The position numbers and the translations under genes are program-made. This document shows, piece after piece, positions 12,292-25,733 of a DNA stretch of 64,000 nt (within the stretch, counting starts at the first letter, position 1; the number at the start of each line of letters is the position of its first letter). The notes beneath the pieces were generated by a model that was not told the DNA's origin, did no database searches, and saw only the letters and a program-made list of their open reading frames with translations. Origin of the DNA: Fistulifera solaris (Eukaryota); contig AP026143.1 in the NCBI GenBank assembly GCA_030295235.1, positions 248,001 through 312,000 of the forward strand, in the 5' to 3' direction.

Positions 12292-12748
12292 CTAGAATAA
12301 TGTATTTGCATTGAACAACGTTGATGAAATCTCCTTTTACGCAATCACTTGACTATGTTGACGAAAGACTTTCTTGTATTATTTTGCGTGTCATTTAAAC
12401 CGCGGATAAAAACAAAAAATGGTTGTGACCGCTGAGTCCCGTGTTGCTCAGTCACGTGCTACAACACCATGCGCGCTCGCATCGCACCGCCTTTATAGGC
12501 CATTTTGCTTATTAACGCCTGCCGCAAAGAAACGAAATAATAGCCACTTCGCCATAAGAAGAAAATAAGTATAAGATAGAGTATCACGAATTACGAAAGT
12601 ATCCATCCAGTTAACTTTTCTTGGGTTAGTCAACCTCTAAGAACTGTAGCTGAAGACCTTTATCTTCTTCAACTATTCTCGTCTCCCCGGACCAAACACG
12701 TTCACTGCATAAGACAAAACATTTATCTTGATAGCTGCTAACAATGTT

Positions 12749-13370
12749 TCATTGATTCACAGTCACTATTCGTTCCTCACTCTGTTGCTCGGGTGCCCCT
12801 CGAAAGGCCCGAGCTTGATGAATCACAATCGGTTCCCGCGGCCGATCTTGTTCATCCGTCGCTACCAATCCCATTCGTTGCACGACACCCATTCCGGTAT
12901 AAATTCGTCCAAAGATCGTATGTTTGTTATCCAAAAACGGTGTTGGTTTCAAGGTCACATAGAATTGCGATCCATTCGTGTTGGGACCCGCATTCGCCAT
13001 GGCCACGACACCCGCACCCGTATGCTTCAAAGTGGGAGTGATTTCGTCGGCAAATTTTCCTCCATAGATCGATTCGCCACCCCGACCCGTCCCCGTTGGA
13101 TCTCCTCCTTGAACCATGAAATCGCGAATGACGCGATGGAAGGTGGTGTTGTTGTAGTATCCCGCATCCGCCAAAGCGGCTATGTTGTAACAAGTACGTG
13201 GTGTGTGTTTGTAGTACAGTTCGATCACGAAGGTTCCCTGTATCAAGTGTGAGTGCTTCCGCCGAGAAAGAAAAAAACGTCAAATAGCCAAGACATGACG
13301 GTCGACTTACAATGCTGGTTTCAAATTGCACATGCGTCCATGGCGCTACTTTGGAAGACGACTCTGTCAT
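12749..13370 (-). CDS. PPIL1: Cyclophilin-type peptidyl-prolyl isomerase, PPIL1-like
   Basis: FHRVIRDFMVQGGDPTGTGRGGESIYG, NGSQFYVTL; intron 13238-13310 (GTAAGT...CAG) joins VQFETSI to GTFVIEL. Confidence 0.9.
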
Positions 13371-13732
13371 TTGTTGATTGTTTATAACTAGCGAATAATG
13401 ACGAGGTCCGTTATTGTTGTATCTGCTTATTGATTGACAAACTGCAAGATGACATCAACGCGGCGTGGTTTTCCGCTGCCTTCATTTTTTTGCTAAATTA
13501 TTGAGAGCTTTCAGCATTAAGCTTAAGGTTATCCCCGAATCTGGTGACGACGACGACCACTCGTCACTTGATCTAATCCAGTCCCGACTATCGACTTTAG
13601 AAAATATAAAAAGCCAAAAATAATGCACGCCGCAAAAATAAAGAAACGACGATGCGATGATAGTAAGCTTATACTATAGATACAATTTCTTTCGGGAAAT
13701 GAAATGATCCAGCAGTCAACACAGCACCAAAC

Positions 13733-14739
13733 ATGACCTCTTGTCCTTGTTGTAGCTTTCGTACGAACGATTTGTTTTTACCGCCCTCGGAACGAGCGAA
13801 CGATGACGCCCTGCTGCTCGATGGTTGCTTATCGCCGCTCGAAAGTCTCGAGCAATTCTCGCAGACACCGCTCGTCGATACTCACGGACATGCACATTTG
13901 CAACGCGAAAATGAAATAGGGGAGTATCATTACAGCGGACACTCGCAAATGTTATCCTTGATTTGCTCGGTCGCTCCCTCCGACTGGAACAAGTGCCTCG
14001 AATACGCGGCACAATCGCCCCATCGACGTGCGGCGATTGGTGTGCATCCGTGGTATTTAGATGAATTGCTGACAAACGACAACAATCCACAATTGGATCC
14101 GAGTTGGTACGCGGAGATGGAAACACTTTGCGAGAGCATCCGGGCTGTTTGGTGGGAGAAATTGGATTGTGTCAAAAGGCACGCTTTGTTCGCACCTTTT
14201 CTGGAGGAAAAGCAGCCGCTCTGCAACTGCAGCGACAAGTATTTCAACAGCAATTGCAACTGGCGGCCCGGTATCAACGTCCCGCATCGATTCATTGCGT
14301 CCAGCAACACGGTATCCTGTTTGATGTTTTTCGACAACTATTTTCGCCTCCTTCTGTTGCACCACCCGCACTGGCATTGCATTCTTTTACGGGAACAGCG
14401 CATCACATTCAGCAATTATTGCAATGGGAACAATCCTTACAAAGAGATGAACCTTTGTTGTATTTTGGATTCTCGCATGTCGTTAATGTCGCCATGTGTA
14501 CCTCGGAAAAATCACAACGACAAACGCGTCTGGCGATATTGGAGGTGCCGTACGATCGCCTTTTGGCCGAATCGGATGTAGCGTGTGAAGTTGCCGTACC
14601 GGCGGGTACGGCCGGGGCGGTGGCGTACTTGGCCTTTGTATTGCAACGACCACTGCACGAGGTGGCGGAGCAAACATGCCGCAATGGATTGCGGTTTCTG
14701 TCGACACTATCCGGAGAACATGATGAAGTAACAGAATAA
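13733..14739 (+). CDS. TatD-family DNase/metallohydrolase; apparent frameshift ~14128
   Basis: DTHGH, GVHPWY, VGEIGL, SIHCV, LHSF and LAESD motifs; frame restored by one extra T in ACTTTG. Confidence 0.85.
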
Positions 14740-15579
14740 CGACAGAAGAATTGTTCCATCTCATGAAAGAATGCAATTACCGAGGAAACGAAGACATTGC
14801 AAGTGAAAGGAAACATGTTTCAGCTGATATTAATGCTATTCGTTACGATTCTATCAAAATTGTTTATTCGATGACGAAGCATCTTCCAGGGAGTCAACAG
14901 CTTTGTTCACTACCACATCAACGGCTTTCATCACAGCAACCCAGAATCCGGATGCGACAGCGAGTGATCCGGTCCATTGAATAGCTACGACTAGGGCGGG
15001 GAGCATGTTCGTCTTGTTTCGGGAATATGTAAGGTAACAGCGATTGCAATATTGTCAAGTCGGACAGTTCCTGTTCCTATGGATGATGATTCGGATCAAA
15101 TGAATAAAAGTGTGAAAAGCTTGTCGAGCAAATAAATAATGAGAAAGCCGAGAGGTCCCAGATCATGGTGGATTCACACTTCACAGCATCGTGGTCGTGA
15201 ATTATAACCGCTTCGCTCTGGAGCGGTATTCATTCCCCCTACATATGCGTGTCGCACCAACATCATTTCTATAGTAAAGATGTCCACCATCTGGGTTTAG
15301 AGCTTCGAGTAACGACGACGGAAGTTTGGGGGCAGTCCCACCATTTCAAAGACGCGCTAGGTGATCATAGCAGCCGCGTTAAACGCAATCACAAAGGTAT
15401 CACAGAAGTGTTTGAGAAGAATGTATGTAAATTTAAATATAGCTAGCGTAGCAAAAGATCCTCACAAACCCATTAGACGGGCTGTCTCTTCATTTGAGAT
15501 CGTAGTGTGAATAGTAGCTGTACAAAGGAGGAAAAGGTCAAACGGCCATCTGCATTGGAGAGTTCCGCAAAAACAGATG

Positions 15580-16685
15580 CTACGGTAGACGTGTCTGGTG
15601 TGGATTTATCTTGAGAAAAGGCGTAAGCAATGGCCCTTGCACATCCGACAAGGACAGTGACTTGGCATGTTGGCTATCAAAGGCGTAGTAAAATCGTTGT
15701 AAGAATATTCGAGTTTCCTCGGAAAGACGATCTGCAAAGATTGCCGCTTCATCGTTTCGCTCGGCCGTCATTTCTTCGGTCCAATCCATCTGATTATTCA
15801 CATGATGCCAAGTGGACGCTAGGACATGCCAATCGTAAAGACAGTGACTGACGATACAGGGAATCAAACTTCCTGTAGCGGCGCAAACGATCCCATGCAG
15901 AGGCCATTCGCCGTCTGCAGTCCGACGACGAATCGATTTTCCTCTGGGCGACTATGCGGATGAGCATGACCTAGACCAAAGAGGACTCCTTGCCCGATCA
16001 GTGCTATAGGAAGGGAGTGACTGTAATGGTGGATAAGAGTCGGAACGTAACCTCGAAAGACCACTTCCTCGGCAATCGAAGTCACCAGAACCAGACCAAG
16101 ACTCATGGCAATAACAGACGCCGTGCTCGTTGTCACTTTTCTCGGCTGACTGGGAGTGTGTCGTCTTCCGAAGAGAGTGATTGCCATGTTGGTTGTAGAA
16201 AAGTTGACATAATGAGCATCACGTCGCGAAGAGTTTTCAATAGCGTGGCTGATGGCGATCATCGGAAGAGCTGCCAAGATGCCCGCCAGTACTTGTGTCA
16301 GGAAAGGATCCGTGCGCGCGTCTGACCATGTGACTGCTTGTAGCAGATTCCCTTGCGTGCCCAGCAAAGCAATGGCGGTTGTAGCACATAGTAACAGCAG
16401 CTGCGATTTGCATAGCCCCTCTATCATGTGGAGATTTGCTCCACTCTTTTTCTTGTTCGGCGTGTCGTTCGGTGGCTTCGTGAGTTTCGGCAACTGAACC
16501 GGTTCATGGGTCACATGGTCTTCGTGATAGTCGCGAGTGCGAAATTGGAGTGCATCGTACACCCATGGTGTCACCGATGATAAGTGGCGGCTGCTTGCAC
16601 GGGTTGTTGGCGAGAATTGTACCCACGCGGAAGCAAAAGACACGAATGGGAATATTAGCGATAGAGACTTCATGACGGTCGACAA
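15580..16685 (-). CDS. CPBP/Abi (CAAX protease II) intramembrane metalloprotease, plastid-type presequence; apparent frameshift ~15893
   Basis: Signal ending ASA-W; EEVVFRG, FGLGH, and SHCLYD in the shifted frame. Confidence 0.85.
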
Positions 16686-17323
16686 CGCAAAAGACGCGTG
16701 AAGCTAACAAGGGCAGAATCAAAGTCGATTACTTATAATATAATTGCATAACAAGCTTGATAGATTGCAGAGAATTCGTCAGTTTCTCGTTAAGCAATTG
16801 TTCGCCTCTGATGTTCTTTGAAAGAGACATCAAAAATCAAGCTGTGGTGTCATGTCAAAAACCCGCGAAAAAGAAAAAAGCCGATGATGATGTCAAGTTT
16901 CCGTTGGACGTCATCACCTGCTGTAATCACTCTTCCGACCTCCGTTAAAACCCGTTATACTCCGTTAAACTACAACACATTAAATCATACGGAGTACTCC
17001 GTTTTACTTAGTGTGACAGCAAAGATGACACTAAGTACGTGACTCAATTTATTTCATTCATGGTTTGACAAGGTCCGTCGTTTATCCCATTTGATACCAC
17101 GCAGCGTAACTATCATGAAAGCCCAGTTTTCTTCCCTTCCATTTAGCAAAAGAATATCACGGGAACGTCAAACATTGGGTCCTGAGATGAGGCTTAATCG
17201 ACACTACTAGTCAATTTTTCACGGTGACAATCGCTTCAAATTTTAGATGTGCTTACGATACTCAAATAAACACTATGATTCATTAACTGAAGTTTTCAAA
17301 GGTTTACGTCGCTATACTACATG

Positions 17324-18226
17324 CTATGATTGTGTTGCATCACATGAATGGAGTTCTTCGGAACACATCTGTAATCTCCCATCCCCGTGCAGAAGACATC
17401 GAATTGGCTCGGCATTCTTCGGGTGTAGATTCCTCTGTATATCACGCGACTGCTTTGCATCAAAAGGATCCGACAATGCCGTACGAATGACATGGTAGTG
17501 ACAGATTACCGCGATGCGTTCCATGTCGGGTGGAAGCTTCTCTGCCAACCGGACAAAGACATCGCGGATTCGATCACGCCGGACCACTTTGGGTGGAGTT
17601 TCGTGACGGTTCGGCCACTGATCCGGTTTCTGTGATTCAAAATCTATCTTCGCAACATCCAAGCCCCATTCTTGAAGATCCGCTTGTACTTCGTGTATCT
17701 TCCGAGGCAAGTTCTCAGGAATCATACTACCCACTTCGCGCAAGTCATAGTTGCATACAATTTGGCTATGCTCGGGAAAAGCTATCAATGCCGTTTGCAG
17801 AGCTCTCGTGAGAGGACTGCATACAATAAGATCGATTTCGCTCAACAGAATATTCGCAGCTTGTTCCTTTCCGAGATCAGTGAGGCCACAATCGGTTAAA
17901 CTCTCATCGAAACGGCGATCGTCTTCCGAAGCCACTTGTCCTTTCGACTGCCCATGTCGTATCAGATACACCGTACGGCAGCGTCCTTCCGTCTCGGTGC
18001 TATGCAATAACTTGCGCGGCGTGATCTCTGCCGCTCGGGAAATAGAAGCACCTTTCGTGCTGGTCGTATGACTCTTCCGTGGAGTGATTGTTGTCGAAGG
18101 AGTTCGAGCGCGGATATCTCTACGGACTGCCGTTGCGGGTGTAGAGATTCTTTTCATCTGGTTATTCAGCTGCAAACCTATCTTGTCAAATTCAATGGAA
18201 ATTGAACAGCACATACAGTCCATCAT
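17324..18226 (-). CDS. Histidine phosphatase / phosphoglycerate mutase-family protein
   Basis: LIRHGQS, LTDLG, CSPLTRALQTA, LRE and VICH motifs; exact start uncertain. Confidence 0.85.
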   Translation of the reverse strand: MMDCMCCSISIEFDKIGLQLNNQMKRISTPATAVRRDIRARTPSTTITPRKSHTTSTKGASISRAAEITPRKLLHSTETEGRCRTVYLIRHGQSKGQVASEDDRRFDESLTDCGLTDLGKEQAANILLSEIDLIVCSPLTRALQTALIAFPEHSQIVCNYDLREVGSMIPENLPRKIHEVQADLQEWGLDVAKIDFESQKPDQWPNRHETPPKVVRRDRIRDVFVRLAEKLPPDMERIAVICHYHVIRTALSDPFDAKQSRDIQRNLHPKNAEPIRCLLHGDGRLQMCSEELHSCDATQS

Positions 18227-18530
18227 GCATGCGATGATGCCGATGTGTCGTCGCGAACGAAATGATGCGAGGTAATATTTTTACGCTGCGAAGTGAAAAA
18301 CAAAGAAAAATCCGTTGCATTCGGTCCGGTACTGTAGACTACTTATCTTTAAACTTAGATCGTCCAGTAAAGTCTATTTAACGGTACCGGTGCGAGTGAA
18401 ACTGCACACCAAGATTGCGGCGGGACTGCACCGCTTTTTCCTTCGACGTTCATTCGAAAACAAATGCCAGCAATGCAACAAAGATACCAGGTATCATCTG
18501 TTTCATATTATCTGGTAACTTTCTCATGAA

Positions 18531-21279
18531 ATGACAGAAGATTACACAACAGGAATAGAAGAGCGTTTGACTTGCATGGCGGTAGTGGAAGACGGTCCGC
18601 GAATTGGTTTTGCGGCGTTTCTGGAAGAAAGCAACACGATCGTGCTCGATGACAGCCCGGCGGATGGTTACGATACGCAAACACTGATAGAGCGTGTCTT
18701 GGCCCTGATTCAGCCGAACCTGTTGCTTCTTTCGACCAAAATTATCAGTAACACAAATTTGCTGGAAGTTTTGACGACACCGCAGAGCACCATCGTAGAA
18801 GATGCACGCCATGACGAGGACGAAGTGAATGTTCGACTTTCCCGGCGATCTCCAACAACGCCTTATAAAATCATGAAATCGTCGTGTTATGAAAAAAAGC
18901 GCTGTCGGGCAACAATTTTACAAATGCAAGTAAACTCAATCATGAATCGTCGTCAACGCGGTCATTCGCACGAGGATTCGGACAGGCGCTTTCCTACGAA
19001 TAACGAGCATGGTCACATCGCTTCCTTTCAAGTGTCAAATTACCATGCTTTGGCTTCGTTGGTGGATTTTGACTCGACAGTACAAGTGCAGGCATTGGGA
19101 TGTCTGTTATCTTTCCTCGAAACGAAATGTTTCGGCAATCAAGGCGGTATTGTCGTGGTCGACGACATTGTACATTGCGAAGCGTCACATTATATGGCGA
19201 TGAGTCCTGATACACTTGCCGCCTTGAATATTTTTGCTATCGAACATCATCCGTTGGCTGCTTCGAATGGTTACGGGAACGCGAAGGAAGGACAGAGTCT
19301 GTATGCATTTTTGAATCGAACAAAAAGCAAACCCGGTCGACAGCGTCTGCGAGAGATCATGCTGAAACCATTGCTGGACGTGGATGCGATAACGATGCGG
19401 CAAGACGGTGTCGAGTTCTTTCTGCAAGATGATACACAAAAGGTGGTCCCCACGTTGATCCATCAGCTACGGAACGTAGGAGCCGTCGACAAGATCCTGA
19501 ACCGAATCCATAAGTGCTGCTCACAGTCCAACGATATTCTCGTATTCACCAAGACTTTGGCGGCTTCCATCGCTATCATCTCCGCCCTGCAAAACGAAGT
19601 TCTTTTGAAGCTTGAATACCAGTTGGAGCAGATGTCGAGACCGAACGCAGAAGTTGAATGGGCGATCGATCCCATGTCGAAGCGATATTACGATTTTGTT
19701 CAGAATCTGCTTCAGCGATGTCACGTCGATATTCTGGAAGATCTTCTCGATCTTATTTCGTCGATGATCGACGAAGAAACGACAAGTACTACGGGCACTG
19801 TGGCTATTCGGAGTGGATACAGCGCGGAGCTCGATCAATGGAAAGTCCAGTACGATAGCCTTCGAGATACTCTGTCTGTCTATAGCGATCAAATGAAACA
19901 AGGGTGGCCTCGGCTGAGAAGTTTGATGGTGCTTTTCATGCCGCAGGTAAATACATCATGAATGAATCACAGACGCGCGTGTTACCAGAGACTGACTCAC
20001 TCGCACTATCCTCACTCAGGTCGGATTTCTCATTGGTCTCGAAAACGACGGTAGCTGGAATAATTCTTTACCGGAAGACTTTCAATTTGTCTTTACGGAA
20101 GTCGGATGCAGTTATTTCAGAAATCAGGACACACGACACCTGGACGAAGCCATTGGCGATCTCGATAGTCAAATTAAAGACACCGAGGCCCTAATCGTTT
20201 CCGAGCTCGAGGAGCACATCTTCACATGCGATAAAGAGCTTCGTAGTACCTTCAATGCTTTAGCGGAATTGGACTGTATTCTTGCCTTTGCTGCATGTGC
20301 AGCGGATCAAAAGTACGTTCGTCCTATCCTTCTTCCCAGCGAGGAGAATTGCATTATCATCCAGAACGGCAGACACCCTCTTCAAGAAATTCTCATTGAC
20401 GACACGTTCGTTCCCAACGACGCGTACATCAACAGCGATCACCGGGTCAACATCGTCACTGGGCCCAACTTTAGTGGCAAGAGCTGTTACGCACGGCAAA
20501 TCGGTATCATCACGTACATGGCGCACATTGGCTGCTTCGTCCCGTGTGACAATGCCCAGATATCCATTGTCGATCACATTTATGCTCGCTTCAGTGGAAC
20601 CGAGACATGTGCCGTCCCACAGAGTAGTTTTCAACTGGATCTCACGCAAATGGGTACCATCCTTCGACGCGCCAGCCCCAACTCCTTGGTGATTATTGAT
20701 GAATTCGGAAAAGGTGAGTTCGATGAAGGTCATGCCTTGTTGTTTTACCCAAAAATTCACTCAAACGACTCTTCGACAGGAACGAGCCCGGCTTCGGGTG
20801 TCGCCTTATTGGCATCCGCATTAGGTCATTTAGCGGAGAGAGGCTGTAAAGTCGTGTGCACAACCCATTTCCTGGAACTCTTCTCCATGGGACTTATACC
20901 GGAAGCCGACCACGGATTTCGAGCCTTGCGCATGACCGTTCATTTACCCGAAAACGACAAAGAGCAAGCGACGCCGCTTTTTCGGTTGGAAGTGGGCGTG
21001 GCCAGTTCTTCGGCCGGGATTGTTTGTGCGGAAATGGCCGGTGTGAAACCGGCGGTCATTGATCGTGCGCGGGAATTTGTCCAGGCGACCCGAGAAAAGA
21101 GAAAGGTGTCGCCACTGGCGGAGATATTGCGTGTGCAAATGGGACTGACGAAGGAAGCATGTGCATTGCTGTCGCAGTTTGTAGACAACGATCCGGACGA
21201 AATGACCGATGACGAGATCGAGGAATTTGTGACGAATTGTAGATTGCATCTTCGAAACAAGCGTCTCGAAAGCTATTGA
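18531..21279 (+). CDS. MSH5: MutS homolog 5 (meiotic crossover protein)
   Basis: GRHPLQE, TGPNFSGKS, QSSFQLDLTQM, IIDEFGKG|T, VCTTHF; no MutS domain I; introns 19947-20019 and 20714-20779. Confidence 0.85.
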
Positions 21280-21687
21280 TCACGTCCTCCCAATAGCACA
21301 CTATCTTTCTTGGGATTCAGCTTCAAATAATGATAGTGATCAAATTGATTTATACTTTTTTGAATGTTTATTGTCGTGTTGTTCGTCGTCGGCGTCTTTT
21401 TTATTATTTGTCGCGTTTTTCGCGTGGGTGCGTGTGTCGTCGAACGAAAAGCACCAAATATTTCTAACCTTAATCAATATTCAGTATTCCTGACGTTGGC
21501 AACGCGCGCATTCTGCGCGATGATGATTCAATCGTCAATGCGTCAATCGTGAAACAAACGGTGGGTACACGACTGACGGACGAATTCCGCGGAAATGTTT
21601 TCGTTGACACGCTTTTCGGATTTCGGCATGCCTGCGATGTCAATGCGAATAATCATTACGCTCACATAAAAAATATCATCCATCGTT

Positions 21688-23524
21688 TTGGTGATGCTAG
21701 CTACGATTCCAACAACAGCAACCCTTACTTCGACAGCTTCCTCTGCTAGTGCTCCTCCTCCTCATGTCACTCAAACCGCAAATTGGAGTTCCAACACGAT
21801 TTCGTCCTTCAACGGACAAATTCTAAGTTTCGAAGGATCACTCGACTTTGACGGAGTCGAATTGTTTCGACAGGCGCATGTCGCTTTTGAACGAGGTTTT
21901 ATTCACGGCTTGGTGGGTCCAAATGGGTCGGGGAAGACGTCTTTAGTACGAGCGTTGCCCCAACTCTTACGAGGTAGTTTCTGTTTCGAGTACGTTGCGG
22001 CCGATGTCAAGGATGACACGACTTCTATTCAGAGAGATTGTTCTGCGCGTGACTATTGCCTGGGTCGCATTCAGAAGCGTGTGCAAGAAATTGATCATGA
22101 GATTGGTCGGATGGAAGAACAACTGGAAACGGAAAGCAGCGATACTTCCATCGAAGAAATTAGTCATCGGCAGGGTGAACTTTACGAACTAAAAGAAGAG
22201 ATTGAGTTGCAGGCGAGTACACAATTGGAGCAAATGTTTCAGCAGTTGAATTTTGGCGAGAATTATCCGGAGCAACCCTACGAGCAGTTGTCAAGTGGGT
22301 GGAAGTTCAAGTGTCAACTCATATCGGGCCTTTTGACACAACCGGACTGCTTGATAATCGATGAGCCATCTTTTTTGGATACAACGGCCACCGCATGGTT
22401 GGTGGATCAAATGAAGCACTTGGCGCATTCTCCGAGCACTACGAAAAAGGCCATGATCATTCTGATTTCTCACAAGGAAGCTTTGTTGGAAGAAGTCTGT
22501 GATCGAATTCTATATCTCAATCCAGCCAGTAAAAATTTGACAATGTACAATTGTTCCTTTCGCGAATTTCAAACAGCACATGCGGATCGTGTCGCGCATG
22601 CCAAAAAAAGCCAAGGAGCTGGGGGCGGAAGCTCGGGACGACGCCAAAGAGTCACTCCAGCAATTGCGTCAGCAACTGCACAAGCGAGAACAGAATTTTA
22701 GAGCGACGACTTTTAAAGATCACGACAAGCGCTGGATAAAAGGCAAGAACAAGGAAGCGAAACAGAATGCGGATCACAGTGCTGCTTCGAAATTGAAACG
22801 GCTCAAAAAGAAGTCCGACGAACTGGCGGAACAAGCAGAGGAATTGCGAGAAACGAAAGTATGCCCTCTCAAACTGGAAGGCGAGGCTCCGTCGGACGGT
22901 GTGCTGGTAGAGTTCAATGATGTTGATTTTCAATTCGAGGGAGCGGGGGATATGCTTTTGGAGTTCATCGACGTTCAAATCAAAAGTAAGGACCGAATTT
23001 TGCTTCAAGGAGAAAATGGTCAAGGCAAGACAACATTATCGAAAATGATTGTGGGGGAGCTGGAGCCCACCCATGGCACTATCCGCCGCAACCTGCCCGT
23101 CGTAGCTGACTTTCATCAGGAAGCCCTGCGCGAACTAATGGATGTATATGGAAAAACGAATGCCATTGATTTTCTAATGACAAAGAATCCAAAATTCACC
23201 ATGGTACAAGCCCGTACGTATGCAGGTCGTTTTGGTCTCAAGGGAAACATAGCTTTGCGTCCCATTCGAACACTTTCGGCAGGTCAGCGCGTCCGTCTCT
23301 GGTTGGCTCGCGAGTTTTTGGGCGACAGCAAGCCTTCGATGCTTGTTTTAGATGAAGTGACCGAAAATTTGGACAGAGAGACCACCGATTCCCTACTTCA
23401 AGCGTTGGAGGAATTCCCGGCGGCGATTGTAGCCATTTCCCATGACGATTATTTCACCGAGAAGTTTCAAGAGACTCAACTATGGATAGTAGGGAATGGA
23501 AGAGTACGAGTTGAATACAAGTGA
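21688..23524 (+). CDS. ABC-F family soluble ATPase; apparent frameshift in the A7 run ~22603
   Basis: Two nucleotide-binding domains (GPNGSGKT/LSSGW/IIDEP and GENGQGKT/LSAGQ/VLDE, ISHD); no TM domains. Confidence 0.85.
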
Positions 23525-23925
23525 TTTAGATTTCTCCTCACGATCAATAGAGAAGCTAAAGGAGTTGCAATGGACTCATTGTATTGATTTGGTTCTTCGA
23601 CGTCGCTTTCTTGTCAAAACAATAGGACGGCCGGCACCGGTAACTTAGACTACTACGTACTTGTAGGTACAGCTTGAGCATATTCCCCGATAGATTTAAA
23701 CCCGTATCCTTAGGATGTTCTTCATCTTGCTTCATTGCGCCACATACGCGAAGAGCCGATACCTGGTAAAGGATCGAAAACGAAATTCACGACGAATAAA
23801 CTATAGTCTACACTAGTCAAAGCATAAAGCAAAGGAAAGCAGCAGCATTCATAATAACAGATACTTAACGAATACATTAGAACGTATAAGAGAGAAAAGG
23901 GGAAGATTTCACAAGTCCGCATAGC

Positions 23926-24785
23926 ATGCTTCTTCGAATAGCGGCCCGTTTGGCTTTCACTACGATTGTATCATGGCTCTCGTCGGCATCGGCATTGGAA
24001 ATGTCACGGCGTGCCGTGCTGGCGGCAACCACTTTGACAACCGCAATCGAACCGAACGGCCTGGCCTTTCGTTTACAGGAACGTGATCCTGCCGCTTTGA
24101 AGAACCGTTTATTCAATCTGCCACCAGCACAACAAGTATATCCAAAATGGATGAGAGGATTGTGGAATATCGAGATGAGTTTCTCGGGCTTTTGTTTCCC
24201 AGTCAAACGATTGCAAAGGAAACATTGTTGCGCGATTTTGGTATTGCGGGCTTTCAAAAATGTTCCATTGCGCACATTGCGGATGTCGGGAAAGAAAAGG
24301 TAATGCAGCAAATGGCCATTGACCGAGAGACCGGTTGGGAAGATCGAATTTTCAATTTGCGGCAAACCATTGATGCCCATTTGGGTTATACCGCCGTGCA
24401 AGAAGTGGTGTACGATGGGAAGAAGAATCCGAATCGAATCGGTATTAACTTTGTCGATTACCGAACGACGAATGCGGAACGGATTGAACTCTTTTGTAAT
24501 GCCCGGGAAGCCGAGGAATACGAGACAAATGGAACATCGTATTTCGTTCATAGCGAATACATTCGTCAAGTGACATTTGGAACTGGATCCACCGTCGGTG
24601 TACCTCGACAAGTTAGCACCAATTACGGGCACTTCTGGACGTGGAAGAAAGAAAGTGACGGCTCTATTCGCGGAAATCTACTCACGGCAGCGTATTTGGA
24701 TCCGCAAGACCCACTGTATTTTCAAGAACCAGCACTGCCGGTCGTCATCTATTCGCATCTACTCACAGGAACGCTAGTCGAATGA
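23926..24785 (+). CDS. Conserved plastid/thylakoid protein (DUF6816-like); apparent frameshift ~24190
   Basis: Signal peptide plus MSRRAVL transit-like segment; YPKWMRGLW, DRIFNL, KNPNRI and YLDPQDPLYF motifs. Confidence 0.65.
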
Positions 24786-25000
24786 AAACATCGACCTCTG
24801 TAATTTATCATTGATTACTACACCGGCCATGGGAAACCGGAGAAACGAATAGCGTAAAGCAGCTCGTGCAGTATTTTACGGCAACGAAAGATGGACATCT
24901 ACTGAGACTACAATGACCGATTATTCTTCCGTTCATGAGCATCGTCGCACGTTCACATACAGCTCTACAATCATCACTCTTTACCAGCTTTTCTCATGTG

Positions 25001-25542
25001 TCACGTATGCGCCTTGCGACGATGTGCTGCGGACTGGATTAACTGCAACTCTTTCAATTGCAAATCAGCCCTAATTTTCAAGAGAGCACTTGATTTGCGC
25101 ATTTCGACCACATATCCTGTCGTCTCAGTCCTTTCAAAAAGCGGCCGCCGCAACTGGCGACGAGTTTGTAAACGTCCTTGATCATTGCTGATTTTCGCTC
25201 ATGGGTGCTGTCGCAGTAATTGACGACCAGGTTATCAATCAGCTTGCGGTATCGGATGTTTCCGGTGAAATGAGCCGACTCGTCTCCGCCAATGACGTCG
25301 AAAGTATTGAAATGGTCATTGCTTTTCGTTAAATTTGTACCAGGTAGATTCGTCCCGGAGTCGTTTAGGGGCGTCTTTGACGAGATGCAATTTTGAGTTT
25401 GAAAGAACAATTTTCCTTGTTCTCGTGATACATGGGGAGAATCGCATTGGCTACCGCCATTGATTTTTTGCGAATGTATCTTTTCGTTCAGCCATTTCTC
25501 AACTTCATACGCCAACTGATTGATCTCTTCTTCGTCAGACAT
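25001..25542 (-). CDS. DUF6824-like diatom protein, paralog A; apparent frameshift ~25132
   Basis: FDVIGG...HFTGNIRYRKLI...GGRFLK; the shifted frame continues VEMRKSSALLKIRADLQ to TGA at 25001-25003. Confidence 0.7.
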
Positions 25543-25733
25543 CTTATGATTGAAACAAATGCTATGCAAGTAATTTTGAGTGCTTCAATCTGGGCTGCAC
25601 GGAATTGATTGTGATCATGAGCGCAGCATTGCGGCGACTTTTCTGCGTGGGCTTTTCGTTGTTGGTCGTTGATCCCACTTCGCGATATACGATGAAAGTG
25701 TAGGCAGATTTTTGCACGGGTGGTCCAACGAAG

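Noticed and set aside
14900..15470. Possible pseudogene or element remnant in the TatD-CPBP gap
   Set aside because: Only short interrupted frames; no TIR, TSD or recognisable motif.
22595..22615. Programmed ribosomal frameshifting in ABCF and other split genes
   Set aside because: Breaks occur at homopolymers in many unrelated genes with no shared slippery or stimulatory signal; sequencing error is simpler.
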